Below, in pieces: positions 47,784 through 56,956 of a DNA stretch of 64,000 nucleotides. The position numbers and the translations under genes are program-made. The notes under the pieces are model-generated. The model worked only from the letters and a program-made list of their open reading frames with translations, made no database searches and was not told the origin of the DNA. Positions within the stretch are counted from its first letter, which is position 1. The number at the start of each line of letters is the position of its first letter. The stretch comes from Candidatus Omnitrophota bacterium (GTDB taxonomy: Bacteria > Omnitrophota > Gorgyraeia > Zapsychrales > JANLHA01), in assembly GCA_020632535.1 (NCBI GenBank), contig JACKFJ010000002.1, positions 318,331-382,330 of the forward strand. The letters run 5' to 3'.

Positions 47784-49223
47784 ATGGGTGATATCAAAGG
47801 TTTCATGAAATTTAAGCGCGAGGATTTTACGAACGAGCCTGCGCAAGAACGCATTAAGCATTTTAAGGAATTTCACCTTCATATGCCTGAGGACAAGCTG
47901 CGTGAGCAGGGTGCTCGTTGTATGGATTGCGGAGTTCCGTTTTGTCAGTCTGGTTGTCCAATTAATAATATTATTCCGGATTGGAATGATCTTGTTTATA
48001 AGGATCGTTGGGACTTAGCTAGTGAGCGTTTGCAAAAGACTAATAATTTTCCAGAATTTACTGGCCGTGTTTGTCCTGCGCCATGCGAAAATGCTTGTGT
48101 TCTGGCTATCAATTCTTCATCAGTGACGATCAAAAATATCGAAGTTTCGATCGTTGAAAAAGCTTACGAAGAAAATTGGCTAAAACCACAACCACCAGTT
48201 CATCGTTTGGGCCAGAAAGTTGCGGTAATTGGTGGTGGCCCGGCGGGATTAGCTGCCGCTGACCAATTAAATAAGATCGGATATCATGTCACGGTTTATG
48301 AAAAGAATGAAGTTGTTGGCGGACTTTTAGCCTTAGGCATTCCAGATTTTAAATTGGAAAAATGGGTCATTGAGCGTCGCGTAAAGCGTATGCGCGATGA
48401 AGGAGTAAAGATTAAGACAAAGGTTCATGTTGGGAAAGACATTTCAGCCAAAGAGTTGGTCGCGCAATATGACGCAGTTGTTTTGTCGGGTGGAGCAGAA
48501 TGGCCACGTGATCTTCCTGTGCCGGGTCGTGAGTTAAAAGGTGTCCATTTTGCTATGGATTTCTTGACACAGCAGAATCGTGAAAATCAAGGGCAGAAAA
48601 TTCCTGCGGCTGATCGTATTCTCGCGACGGGTAAAAAGGTTGTTGTTCTTGGTGGCGGTGACACCGGCTCCGATTGCATTGGTACATCCAATCGTCAAGG
48701 TGCAACCATTGTGCGGAATTTTGAGCTTTTGACCAAGCCACCTAAGGAAAGGAGCAAAGACAATCCGTGGCCGAACTGGGCATTTATTGAACGGACTTCG
48801 TCGTCCCATGAAGAAGGTGTTGAACGTGATTATGGGATTTTAACTAAGAAATTTTCTGGTGAAAATGGTGTTGTGAAAAAGTTGCATGCGGTGCGTGTGG
48901 AATTTGGGCCCAAGGATCCTGTGACAGGGCGTAGCGCAATGAAGGAAATTCCGGGATCAGAGTTTGAAATAGAAGCTGATCTGGTGCTTTTAGCTTTAGG
49001 GTTTTTGGGGCCGATTAAGAACGGAATGATTGAAGAATTGGGTGTGGCATTAGATGAACGCGGGAATGTTCAAACGAATGGTAATCGTATGACGAGTGTT
49101 GCTGGCGTTTTTGCTGCTGGTGATATGCGTCGTGGTCAATCGCTTGTCGTTTGGGCTATTAATGAAGGTCGGATGGCTGCCGAAGGTGTCCATAGGTATT
49201 TGGTTTCGATGGCTAAGGTATAG
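47784..49223 (+). CDS. gltD: Glutamate synthase small subunit (NAD(P)H-dependent)
   Basis: Fe-S motifs CMDCGVPFC and CPAPCENAC. Dinucleotide folds VAVIGGGPAGLAAA and VVVLGGGDTGSDC. Confidence 0.9.
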   Translation: MGDIKGFMKFKREDFTNEPAQERIKHFKEFHLHMPEDKLREQGARCMDCGVPFCQSGCPINNIIPDWNDLVYKDRWDLASERLQKTNNFPEFTGRVCPAPCENACVLAINSSSVTIKNIEVSIVEKAYEENWLKPQPPVHRLGQKVAVIGGGPAGLAAADQLNKIGYHVTVYEKNEVVGGLLALGIPDFKLEKWVIERRVKRMRDEGVKIKTKVHVGKDISAKELVAQYDAVVLSGGAEWPRDLPVPGRELKGVHFAMDFLTQQNRENQGQKIPAADRILATGKKVVVLGGGDTGSDCIGTSNRQGATIVRNFELLTKPPKERSKDNPWPNWAFIERTSSSHEEGVERDYGILTKKFSGENGVVKKLHAVRVEFGPKDPVTGRSAMKEIPGSEFEIEADLVLLALGFLGPIKNGMIEELGVALDERGNVQTNGNRMTSVAGVFAAGDMRRGQSLVVWAINEGRMAAEGVHRYLVSMAKV

Positions 49224-49249
49224 TTTGGTATTTAGATAAAGGAGGACGT

Positions 49250-49762
49250 ATGAGAAAAAGTTTGTTGATTATGATGATTGTTGCGATTTTTGCTGGATGT
49301 GGTGAAGCAAAAAAAGCGGATAATGCTCAGCCCAGTTCCATGATGAAGGATAAAAAAATGATGGCGCAGCAATCTTCGCAATCGCCGAGAGAGGAAATTG
49401 CGGCAGGGATGCAGTTTCTTCGAGATGGTGATCTGAAAATGGCGATTAAAAGTTTCGACGAAGCTATTCGTGAAAATCCACGAGATGTCGAGGGTTATTT
49501 GATTCTTGGTCAAACATATATGCATTTGAAAGATTACAATCGCGCGATCGACACTTTTATTGTGGCGACACGGGTTGCTCCGGATAATGGTCAAGCGCAT
49601 TATTTACTCGCGACAAATTTGGGGTTAGCCGGAAATTATCCAATGGCTCGTTTGCAAGCGCAAAAATGTGTTGAAATCTTTCGTAAGAATAAGGATGAAG
49701 AGAATTTCAAGCGTTCCGTTGCTCTTTTGCAAGGATTACCGGATTCTTCAGCAAAGCAATAA
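49250..49762 (+). CDS. TPR-repeat lipoprotein
   Basis: AAGGAGG RBS. Lipobox IFAGC. TPR helices (GYLILGQTYMHLKDYNRAIDTFIVATRVAP). Confidence 0.6.
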   Translation: MRKSLLIMMIVAIFAGCGEAKKADNAQPSSMMKDKKMMAQQSSQSPREEIAAGMQFLRDGDLKMAIKSFDEAIRENPRDVEGYLILGQTYMHLKDYNRAIDTFIVATRVAPDNGQAHYLLATNLGLAGNYPMARLQAQKCVEIFRKNKDEENFKRSVALLQGLPDSSAKQ

Positions 49763-49772
49763 ATCAATTTAA

Positions 49773-49813
49773 AACCGGCTCTTGGGATTGAATTTACCGA
49801 GGGCCGGTTTTTT
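49773..49813 (+). terminator. Intrinsic terminator after the gltBD-TPR unit
   Basis: AACCGGCTC (49773-49781) pairs with GGGCCGGTT (49801-49809) and runs into TTTTTT (49808-49813). It lies inside the ORF-track TTG-start version of lnt, which argues for a later lnt start. Confidence 0.75.
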
Positions 49814-49832
49814 GTCGAATAGAGATATTGTC

Positions 49833-51335
49833 ATGATACTGCTTGTTCTTATTTCTGCTTTTCTTTTTTATCTGTCTTTTCCAAATTTTATTTCGATTGT
49901 CGGTTTTTCCTTCCTCGCGTGGGTTTTCGCAATTCCATTTTTTATTTGCCTTGAAAACAAGAAGCCCTTAGAGCGTCTGGGTATTGGCTTTGCTTTTGGT
50001 TTTATTGCTAATCTTTTGGCAGTCAATTGGATGATTCCATATAGTGGGCCGGGATATTTTTTGCTTAGTTTTATTCTTGCCGGTCAGGCGGTGATTTTTG
50101 CAATTTTGTATCGGCCATTGAACAATAAAACATTGCTAAATATTTTATATGTTCCTTCCCTGTGGGTCGCGTCAGAATATTTGAGAAAATCGTTGATGAT
50201 GGGTGAATCATGGGATTTGGGTCATAGTCAAAGTTTTGATATTCATTTGATACAAGTCGCGAATCTGTTTGGATCATCCGGCATCTCGTTTGTTTTGATT
50301 CTTATTAATTATGTTGCCTATTTGGTTCTTTTTCAAAGCAAAGATTTGCGAAGTAAGGTTTCCGGATTGATTACAATGGTAGTTGTGTTAGTAATGGTTT
50401 ATTCGTACGGTTTTATTTCTTTGCAAGCAAAGGATCAAAGCCAAGCAAGCGAGTTTAAGATTTGTGTTTTGCAGCCTAATATTGATTATCGCGGTGATTT
50501 AACGAAAAAGCGAATTGTTGATATTGTTGATGCGTATATTGTTTTAACGCGTGAGGCTGTGAAGGATACTCGTTTGGATTTGATTGTATGGCCGGAAACT
50601 GCGATTCCGACGGATTTTATGCGTGATTCAGCGTTACAAAAAAAGATTATGTCTTTAGTTCGTGATACGCGTATCCCTTTTCTGATCGGCTCTATTCGAG
50701 AGGACAATAATGGTTTGCATAATAGTGCTATTTTTGTCGACGCTAACGGTAATATTAAGCAAGTGTATGATAAGCGTCATTTAATCCCATTGACGGAATT
50801 TATTCCGGATTCATTGTTTTGGAAGAAATTCGCGCAAATATTTGATGTGGACAGCCCTCATCTTGTAGCGGGAGTTAGGGCAGGAATGATGGATTTGCAA
50901 TCGCAAAGGCAGGGTGACAAAATTCGTTTTGGTGTCGCGATTTGCTCGGAGGATAATGTTTCACAAGTTTTTCGTGATTATTCTCAAGGGGGCGCGGGTT
51001 TTGTTATCGTGCTATTAAATAATGGTTGGTTTTCACAAAAAGCAGGTTTTGTTATGCATGGTCAGCATTCTGTTATCCATAGCGTCGAGAACTCGATTCC
51101 AACAATTCGGGTGGCTAATAGCGGATGGTCTGTCTTGATTGATGATGCGGGTCGTGTTCCTCGCGATTCTTTACTTACTTTACAGCAGAAAGAATTTTTA
51201 TACTTTAATGTGACGCCAAATACCCGCCGGAGTCTCTATAATATTATTGGTGATACCTTTTGCCTCCTTTGCGTGGGGTTTGTTATAATGTTTCAGTTTA
51301 TTACGAGAAAGTTTAGTATAAGGAAAAGTGGATGA
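49833..51335 (+). CDS. lnt: Apolipoprotein N-acyltransferase
   Basis: The first ATG after the terminator is at 49833. N-terminal polytopic region. CN-hydrolase domain with VWPETAIP, DKRHLIPLTEFIP and the catalytic Cys in VAICSEDN. Confidence 0.8.
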   Translation: MILLVLISAFLFYLSFPNFISIVGFSFLAWVFAIPFFICLENKKPLERLGIGFAFGFIANLLAVNWMIPYSGPGYFLLSFILAGQAVIFAILYRPLNNKTLLNILYVPSLWVASEYLRKSLMMGESWDLGHSQSFDIHLIQVANLFGSSGISFVLILINYVAYLVLFQSKDLRSKVSGLITMVVVLVMVYSYGFISLQAKDQSQASEFKICVLQPNIDYRGDLTKKRIVDIVDAYIVLTREAVKDTRLDLIVWPETAIPTDFMRDSALQKKIMSLVRDTRIPFLIGSIREDNNGLHNSAIFVDANGNIKQVYDKRHLIPLTEFIPDSLFWKKFAQIFDVDSPHLVAGVRAGMMDLQSQRQGDKIRFGVAICSEDNVSQVFRDYSQGGAGFVIVLLNNGWFSQKAGFVMHGQHSVIHSVENSIPTIRVANSGWSVLIDDAGRVPRDSLLTLQQKEFLYFNVTPNTRRSLYNIIGDTFCLLCVGFVIMFQFITRKFSIRKSG

Positions 51336-51919
51336 TTAGAATTATATTTTTTATTTTAGGCGCGATTTTAGTTTCTGCCAATATTGCGTACAGTGGTGCG
51401 GCGGTTGCGATGCAGAATAAAAAAGGCGCGGGTGGAAAACCTCAGCAAGCCCGTCCGCCGCAATTACCACCGGGATATGTCATGGGGCCTAATGGTCCGC
51501 AGAAAGTTTTGGAAGTTCAAGAGCCGGATAGCTCTGTTGAAGAGGAAGAAGAAGCAGCTGTTTCGCAAGATGACGCTGATTTGGATCAAATCGTTGAAGT
51601 TTTAAAAATCTCCAGTCAATCATGGGCTCTCATTATTCGAAAAGCTGATAAGGCTGTCGTCGTCGATGAATTTATTAAATTATTTCAAGAGCAGGGCGTG
51701 GCAATTCAAAAGCCAGCCGAATTTTATGTGAACTTTATTGATCAGATGGCAGAGGGAAGTCCTGAAATGTTGGATATGCCGTTTGAGCGTGTTCTGCAGG
51801 TTGTTTCGGTGATGGAATATGATTTTGATAATGGTCAAAACAAGGATATGCTCGCACAAAAGATTCTCGGCCAACAGGTTTATGAAAAAAATAAAAAGCG
51901 GCTTATGAATACTCAATAA
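51332..51919 (+). CDS. Secreted hypothetical protein with an acidic linker
   Basis: ATGA overlap with lnt and TAATG overlap with glpK. Signal-like N-terminus. Pro/Gly-rich segment, then an acidic segment (SSVEEEEEAAVSQDDADLD). I recognise no family. Confidence 0.45.
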   Translation: MIRIIFFILGAILVSANIAYSGAAVAMQNKKGAGGKPQQARPPQLPPGYVMGPNGPQKVLEVQEPDSSVEEEEEAAVSQDDADLDQIVEVLKISSQSWALIIRKADKAVVVDEFIKLFQEQGVAIQKPAEFYVNFIDQMAEGSPEMLDMPFERVLQVVSVMEYDFDNGQNKDMLAQKILGQQVYEKNKKRLMNTQ

Positions 51920-53406
51920 TGAAAAAGTTTATTCTTGCTATCGATCAGGGAACAACAGGGTCACGTGCATATATTTTTGATAGTCGCGCTCAAGTTGTAG
52001 CTAGCGCTTATCAGGAATTCAAACAATATTATCCTCACCCCGGATGGGTCGAGCATGATGCTGAGGAAATTTGGCGTTCATGCGTTTATGTTATTCGTGC
52101 CGCAATCCGTAAAGCAAAAATTTCTTCGACCGAAATCAGCGCCATAGGCATTACCAATCAACGTGAAACAACAGTGCTTTGGGATCGAAAAACGTCCAAG
52201 CCGGTCAGTCGTGCTATTGTCTGGCAATGTCGACGTACATCAAGTCTTTGCGCAAGTTCTGCGTACAAAAAATTTATTCCACAAATTCGTCAGAAAACCG
52301 GTCTTGTTCTTGACGCGTATTTTTCTGGAACAAAGATCAAATGGCTCTTAGATCATGTTAAAGGATTGCGTCAGCGAGCCAGTAAAGGTGAAATTTGTTT
52401 TGGGACTATTGATAGTTGGCTGATTTGGAAGTTGAGTGGTGGTCAATCACACGTGACGGATATGACCAATGCTTCCCGCACATTGCTTTTTAACATTCGT
52501 AAGAAAAAGTGGGATCTCCAATTGTTAAAGATCTTTAATGTTCCCGAGAGTGTTTTGCCGAAGGTACAAAAATCAGGATCAATCTTTGGTAAAGCTCATA
52601 ATAAGGAAACGGGTTTATACAATGTCCCGATTAGTGGCGTCATGGGTGATCAGCAGGCAGCGTTGTATGGTCAGGGTTGTCACGCCAGTGGTATGAGTAA
52701 AAATACGTATGGAACAGGATGTTTTCTTGTTTTAAACACTGCAAGCCGATTTATTCATTCAACAAAGGGATTGCTCACAACTTTAGCATGTGATGCTAAA
52801 GGTCAGCCGGTTTATGCGCTTGAAGGTTCAATTTTTATTGGTGGGGCTGTAGTTCAATGGTTGCGTGATGAGATGAAAGTTATTAAAACATCGTCGGGTG
52901 TTGAGAACTTGATTAAAGGCTTAAAAGATACGAATGGCATTTATGTTGTTCCCGCTTTTGCGGGACTGGGCGCTCCGTATTGGGATAGTAATGCTCGCGG
53001 TATTATTACGGGTCTGACACGAGGTGCAAATGTGCGGCATGTGACTCGTGCGGCTGTGGAATCCATCGCGTATCAAGTTAAGGATATTTTTGATGTGATG
53101 GAAAAGGAATTTGGCAAAAAAATTCTTTTTTTGAATGTTGATGGCGGCGCTTGCAAAAATGATTTTTTAATGCAATTTCAGTCTGACATTTTAAATCGTC
53201 GTATTATTCGTCCAGCAATGATCGACACAACAGCTAAGGGAGCAGCACTTTTGGCGGGTGTTACTGTTGGGATGTGGAATTCTAAAACGGATTTGAGGAA
53301 ATTACAGAAAGTGGAAAAGACTTTTACACCAAGGTCTTCGGCTGCGAAGACTAAAGAGCTTTATGCCGGTTGGCAAAAAGCCGTGAGACAAGCCCGACAA
53401 AATTGA
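51919..53406 (+). CDS. glpK: Glycerol kinase
   Basis: AIDQGTTGSRA, GITNQRETTVLWD, GDQQAALYGQ and GAALLAG. Confidence 0.95.
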   Translation: MKKFILAIDQGTTGSRAYIFDSRAQVVASAYQEFKQYYPHPGWVEHDAEEIWRSCVYVIRAAIRKAKISSTEISAIGITNQRETTVLWDRKTSKPVSRAIVWQCRRTSSLCASSAYKKFIPQIRQKTGLVLDAYFSGTKIKWLLDHVKGLRQRASKGEICFGTIDSWLIWKLSGGQSHVTDMTNASRTLLFNIRKKKWDLQLLKIFNVPESVLPKVQKSGSIFGKAHNKETGLYNVPISGVMGDQQAALYGQGCHASGMSKNTYGTGCFLVLNTASRFIHSTKGLLTTLACDAKGQPVYALEGSIFIGGAVVQWLRDEMKVIKTSSGVENLIKGLKDTNGIYVVPAFAGLGAPYWDSNARGIITGLTRGANVRHVTRAAVESIAYQVKDIFDVMEKEFGKKILFLNVDGGACKNDFLMQFQSDILNRRIIRPAMIDTTAKGAALLAGVTVGMWNSKTDLRKLQKVEKTFTPRSSAAKTKELYAGWQKAVRQARQN

Positions 53407-53408
53407 GA

Positions 53409-53505
53409 TTCCGATTGTTGGCGAAACATTTCGGCTCTATGAACGATCCCCTGCTGCGCAGGGGCTGCGTTCAAATCGCCGGCAGGTTTCCCCAAGCAAT
53501 CGGAA
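53409..53505 (+). other. GC-rich multi-stem structured element in the glpK-glpD spacer
   Basis: Outer stem TTCCGATTG (53409-53417) with CAATCGGAA (53497-53505). Inner GGCGA (53420-53424) with TCGCC (53476-53480). Central hairpin CCCCTGC (53448-53454), loop TGC, GCAGGGG (53458-53464). Confidence 0.35.
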
Positions 53506-53521
53506 ATGGAGATTATACGTT

Positions 53522-55021
53522 TTGCGCGACTTAAAAACAATTTTTAATAAAGAAGAATATGATGTCCTCATTATTGGGGGCGGTATTAATGGCGCCGCGA
53601 TTGCTAACATTGCCTCGCGACAAGGCCTCAGTGTCGCGCTTGTTGAAAAGGAAGACTTTGCCAGCGGCACTTCAAGCCGTTCTACGAAACTTGTTCACGG
53701 TGGTTTGCGTTATTTAGAAAATTTTGAGTTTGATCTTGTCCGTGAATCTTTACGCGAACGTTATATCCAGTGGAAAAGTGTCCCGCATTTGGTTAAGCCT
53801 TTACGTTTTATTATTCCTGTTTATAAAGGTGATCGTCGACCATTATGGATGATGAAGCTGGGTGTTTTTTTGTATGATTTTTTAAGCGGTAAATATGTTG
53901 TTGAAAAACATCAGACATTGACGACTAAAGATGTTATTGCGGCTATTCCTCACATTAAGCGCGAAGGACTTGTTGGCGGTGTTGCATATAGCGATTGTCG
54001 CATGGATGATGCAAGGCTTTGCTTGGAAAATATTTTGAGCGCGCGCGAAAGCGGTGCACACATTGCCAATTACGCCGAGGCGGTGTCTTTTTTAAAAGTC
54101 GGCACACAGTTGACGGCTGGCGCGAATATTAAGGATATTTTGACTGGCAAGCAAATCACAATTAAGGCACATCATGTTATTTGTGCGGTTGGCCCATGGA
54201 CCAATGAAATTCTGCGTCTTGATACACCGACGGAGCAGGACAAAATTCGCCTAACCAAAGGTGTGCACATTATTTATAAAGATAAAATCGCGGATACCGC
54301 TTTATTGTTGCAGGCCGGCAAAGATCACCGTGTGTTTTTTGTAATTCCTTTTGGTGAACATTCTCTCATCGGGACAACGGATACAGATTATGCTGGGAAG
54401 CCCGATGAAGTTGAAAGTGATCGCGATGATGTGGAATATCTTTTATCAGAAGCCGGAAAATTTTTGCCCAATATCAAACTGCAACGGGAAAATATTGTCG
54501 CAACATTCGCGGGACTGCGCCCATTGGTATTTGCGTCGGGCAATCCTTCCAAGCTTTCGCGTAATCATGTTATCGAAGAAAATAAAAGTGGTGTGATGTA
54601 TATCATGGGTGGAAAATATACGACTTATCGTGCGATCGCGCAGCAATGTGTTGAAAAGGTTCTTTCGGGTAAAAAGTTAAATTTGGGTGAAGATTATCCG
54701 CTATATGGAAGCGGATCGCATGAAATGAACGAGGCGCAACTTGCCAAAACGTTTAATTTGTCTATTGCGACATGCGCGTATTTGCTTTCAAAGTATGGTA
54801 CAAAATGCAAAGACGTTCTTAATTTGGTTTCGCAGGATCGGAAATTGGCAGAGCTTTTATGTCCATGCTCACTCGCAATTAAGGCACAAGTGGTTTACAG
54901 TCTGCAAAGTGAAATGGCTGTAACCGCGGATGACATCATCTGGCGGCGATTGAGTTTAGGTTATCATTTTTGCGCTACCAAACAATGCCGCAAAGTTATC
55001 GACACATTATGCGCGCGTTAA
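53522..55021 (+). CDS. glpD: FAD-dependent glycerol-3-phosphate dehydrogenase/oxidase
   Basis: TTG start per the ORF track. FAD fold YDVLIIGGGINGAAIA. GGLRYLE, GGKYTTYR and a C-terminal alpha-helical domain. Confidence 0.85.
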   Translation: MRDLKTIFNKEEYDVLIIGGGINGAAIANIASRQGLSVALVEKEDFASGTSSRSTKLVHGGLRYLENFEFDLVRESLRERYIQWKSVPHLVKPLRFIIPVYKGDRRPLWMMKLGVFLYDFLSGKYVVEKHQTLTTKDVIAAIPHIKREGLVGGVAYSDCRMDDARLCLENILSARESGAHIANYAEAVSFLKVGTQLTAGANIKDILTGKQITIKAHHVICAVGPWTNEILRLDTPTEQDKIRLTKGVHIIYKDKIADTALLLQAGKDHRVFFVIPFGEHSLIGTTDTDYAGKPDEVESDRDDVEYLLSEAGKFLPNIKLQRENIVATFAGLRPLVFASGNPSKLSRNHVIEENKSGVMYIMGGKYTTYRAIAQQCVEKVLSGKKLNLGEDYPLYGSGSHEMNEAQLAKTFNLSIATCAYLLSKYGTKCKDVLNLVSQDRKLAELLCPCSLAIKAQVVYSLQSEMAVTADDIIWRRLSLGYHFCATKQCRKVIDTLCAR

Positions 55022-55096
55022 TTTCCTGACAATAGATTATTAAATTGACCTTATTAAAATTAAAACAATGGATTATGGAAACGATAGGAGCAACAC

Positions 55097-55936
55097 ATGA
55101 CCGCTATTAGAAAAATGTGGTTTTTCTTTGTTCTCTTGTGTTTTTTGTTTTTTGCAGGATTATTTTTATATTTGCGGATGGAGCATAAGCATTTATTGAA
55201 AATGCAGCAAATCGCAATACAAGAAAAAAAGATTAGTTTTGAGAAAGTTTTAAAATTAAATCAGCGGGCCATTTTTGTTTTGGCTAATGATTATTCTTAT
55301 TGGGATGAACTGGTTACCGCAATTAAGAATGAAGATGTTCAGTGGGCATGGATTAATATTGATTCGGGAATTAAGACATATCAGGCTGATGCGGCGTGGA
55401 TTTATAATATGGACTTTAAGAGAATTTATTCTGTTAATAAATACGCGGATGATCGTCTTAAAGAATTGCCGTTGGATAAGAGTCAAATTGAGCAAATTTT
55501 TGGCGCGCAAGCTTTGGTTCATTTTTATGTTCAGACGCCAGCTGGATATTTGGAAATTCAGGGCGCCACAGTGCATTCTTCAGATGACAGCGAAAGAAAG
55601 ACACCGTCGCAAGGCTATTTCTTTGTTGCGAAATTGTGGGATAAAGAATATTTAAAGACTCTTTCGCAGTTGACGGATATTGAGGTTTCGGTTATTGCGC
55701 CAAAAGATGTGGCTGCAGTTTCGAGTCGAGCAGATGCATTTACTGTTTCCGTTTATGACTGGAGAAAAGCTCCTCTTTTTACCATTGTCGGGGTGATCAA
55801 ATCAGACGGAATTGATCACTTTCAGACTCATTCACGGATATTCCTGAAAATGTTTTTGGTTTATACAGTTATGCAAATGCTTTTTATGCTCTATTTTTTA
55901 CGCCGGTTATTTAGGACACCGCGCAATATTTCTTAA
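55097..55936 (+). CDS. Stand-alone CHASE4-like periplasmic sensor domain flanked by two TM helices
   Basis: N-terminal TM (FFFVLLCFLFFAGLFLYL). Extracytoplasmic region with ANDYSYWDELV and PAGYLEIQGATVHSSDDSERKTPSQGYFFVAKLWDKEYL, resembling CHASE4. C-terminal TM (FLKMFLVYTVMQMLFMLYFL). The protein ends 12 aa later. Confidence 0.45.
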   Translation: MTAIRKMWFFFVLLCFLFFAGLFLYLRMEHKHLLKMQQIAIQEKKISFEKVLKLNQRAIFVLANDYSYWDELVTAIKNEDVQWAWINIDSGIKTYQADAAWIYNMDFKRIYSVNKYADDRLKELPLDKSQIEQIFGAQALVHFYVQTPAGYLEIQGATVHSSDDSERKTPSQGYFFVAKLWDKEYLKTLSQLTDIEVSVIAPKDVAAVSSRADAFTVSVYDWRKAPLFTIVGVIKSDGIDHFQTHSRIFLKMFLVYTVMQMLFMLYFLRRLFRTPRNIS

Positions 55937-55983
55937 AATACTTGATAAAGAATTATGAGAATTTTCGATATCTGAAAGGTTAA

Positions 55984-56829
55984 ATGATAAATCAAATTGT
56001 AGATCATATGATTCAAATTGTTCTTGAGGGTGGGACAATGTCCCTTCAGATCATGCAAAATAGCAAGCCAACGCTAAAACCGGATAGTTCTGTTCTTACT
56101 AAAGCTGATATTGCGATTTCTCGGCATATCCGTAAAAATTTGCAGCCGTATTTAAAAACGAAGAAGCATATTTTAATTGATGAGGAAGATAAGAAAAGTT
56201 CTGACTATTATGATCAGAAATATTTAGAAACGATTCCTTATATTTGGGTTGCTGATCCGATTGATGGTACGCGTAGTTTTGCCAATCGTATGCCTTTTTA
56301 TGGTGTTTCGCTTGGGCTATTGAAAGATTTAAAACCTTGGCTGGGGGTGATTTATTTTCCTGCGCTGGATGAACTTTTTTATTGTAACGGTAAACAGTCG
56401 TTTTTTGTGAAAGGGGCAAATTCTTCTCGACCCAAAAAGATTCGAATCAAATCGACGGATCAGAAAATTACAGCACAGTCTGTTTTTTTTGGCAGTGATG
56501 GGTTTTTTAAGAATTTTAATTGGGATTTTTCGCTTTGTCAGATGATGATTCCATCTTGCGCTGTGCTTGATTTGTGTTTTCCTGCTATCGGTCGCGGTGC
56601 TGGGGCATTTTTTAATGCGCATATTTGGGATTTTGCTGGATCGTGGCCGATTTTTCAGTCCGCGGGTTTGCAATTGCGTAATCTTTCCACAGGTAAAGAG
56701 ATTGATCGGGTAGAAACGTCATTATTTCAGGGTAAAGGTGACAAAACGTGGCGTTTAGCTGACTTTTATATCCTTTCCTCAAGGCGCAATTTTTCTATTA
56801 TTCGTGGCGCGATTTCTAAACGTGTTTAG
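55984..56829 (+). CDS. Inositol monophosphatase/CysQ-family phosphatase
   Basis: LIDEED, WVADPIDGTRSF and a later WDFAGS motif. Confidence 0.8.
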   Translation: MINQIVDHMIQIVLEGGTMSLQIMQNSKPTLKPDSSVLTKADIAISRHIRKNLQPYLKTKKHILIDEEDKKSSDYYDQKYLETIPYIWVADPIDGTRSFANRMPFYGVSLGLLKDLKPWLGVIYFPALDELFYCNGKQSFFVKGANSSRPKKIRIKSTDQKITAQSVFFGSDGFFKNFNWDFSLCQMMIPSCAVLDLCFPAIGRGAGAFFNAHIWDFAGSWPIFQSAGLQLRNLSTGKEIDRVETSLFQGKGDKTWRLADFYILSSRRNFSIIRGAISKRV

Positions 56830-56878
56830 CTTGCGCCGTCGCAGGAGCTCCGGCATCAAACCAAACAGCCCTTGAATA

Positions 56879-56906
56879 TTGACAAAGATTCATTCGATGA
56901 TATAGT
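56879..56906 (+). promoter_or_regulatory. Sigma70-like promoter upstream of carA
   Basis: TTGACA (56879-56884), 16 nt spacer, TATAGT (56901-56906). Confidence 0.45.
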
Positions 56907-56956
56907 TATTCGAAATAATTCATGCCTTTTTAATCTTCTCTAGCACTTGTAGGTTC

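Noticed and set aside
49782-49832. The TTG start for lnt given by the ORF track
   Set aside because: That extension would be translated through a strong intrinsic terminator hairpin and T-tract (49773-49813). The first ATG after it (49833) gives a normal hydrophobic Lnt N-terminus.
53448-53490. tRNA-like features: GTTCAAATC resembling a T-loop next to a 7-bp GC hairpin
   Set aside because: No acceptor stem can be formed with the upstream sequence. The hairpin loop is 3 nt (or 7 nt without U33). The putative T-stem has a mismatch and there is no variable-loop spacing. I treat it as part of the GC-rich structured spacer, not a tRNA.
56871-56956. ARG box or PyrR-type site upstream of carA (TGAAT...ATTCA strings)
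   Set aside because: The TGAAT and ATTCA halves are separated by 10 nt rather than 4. No second tandem box is present and there is no PyrR hairpin consensus.
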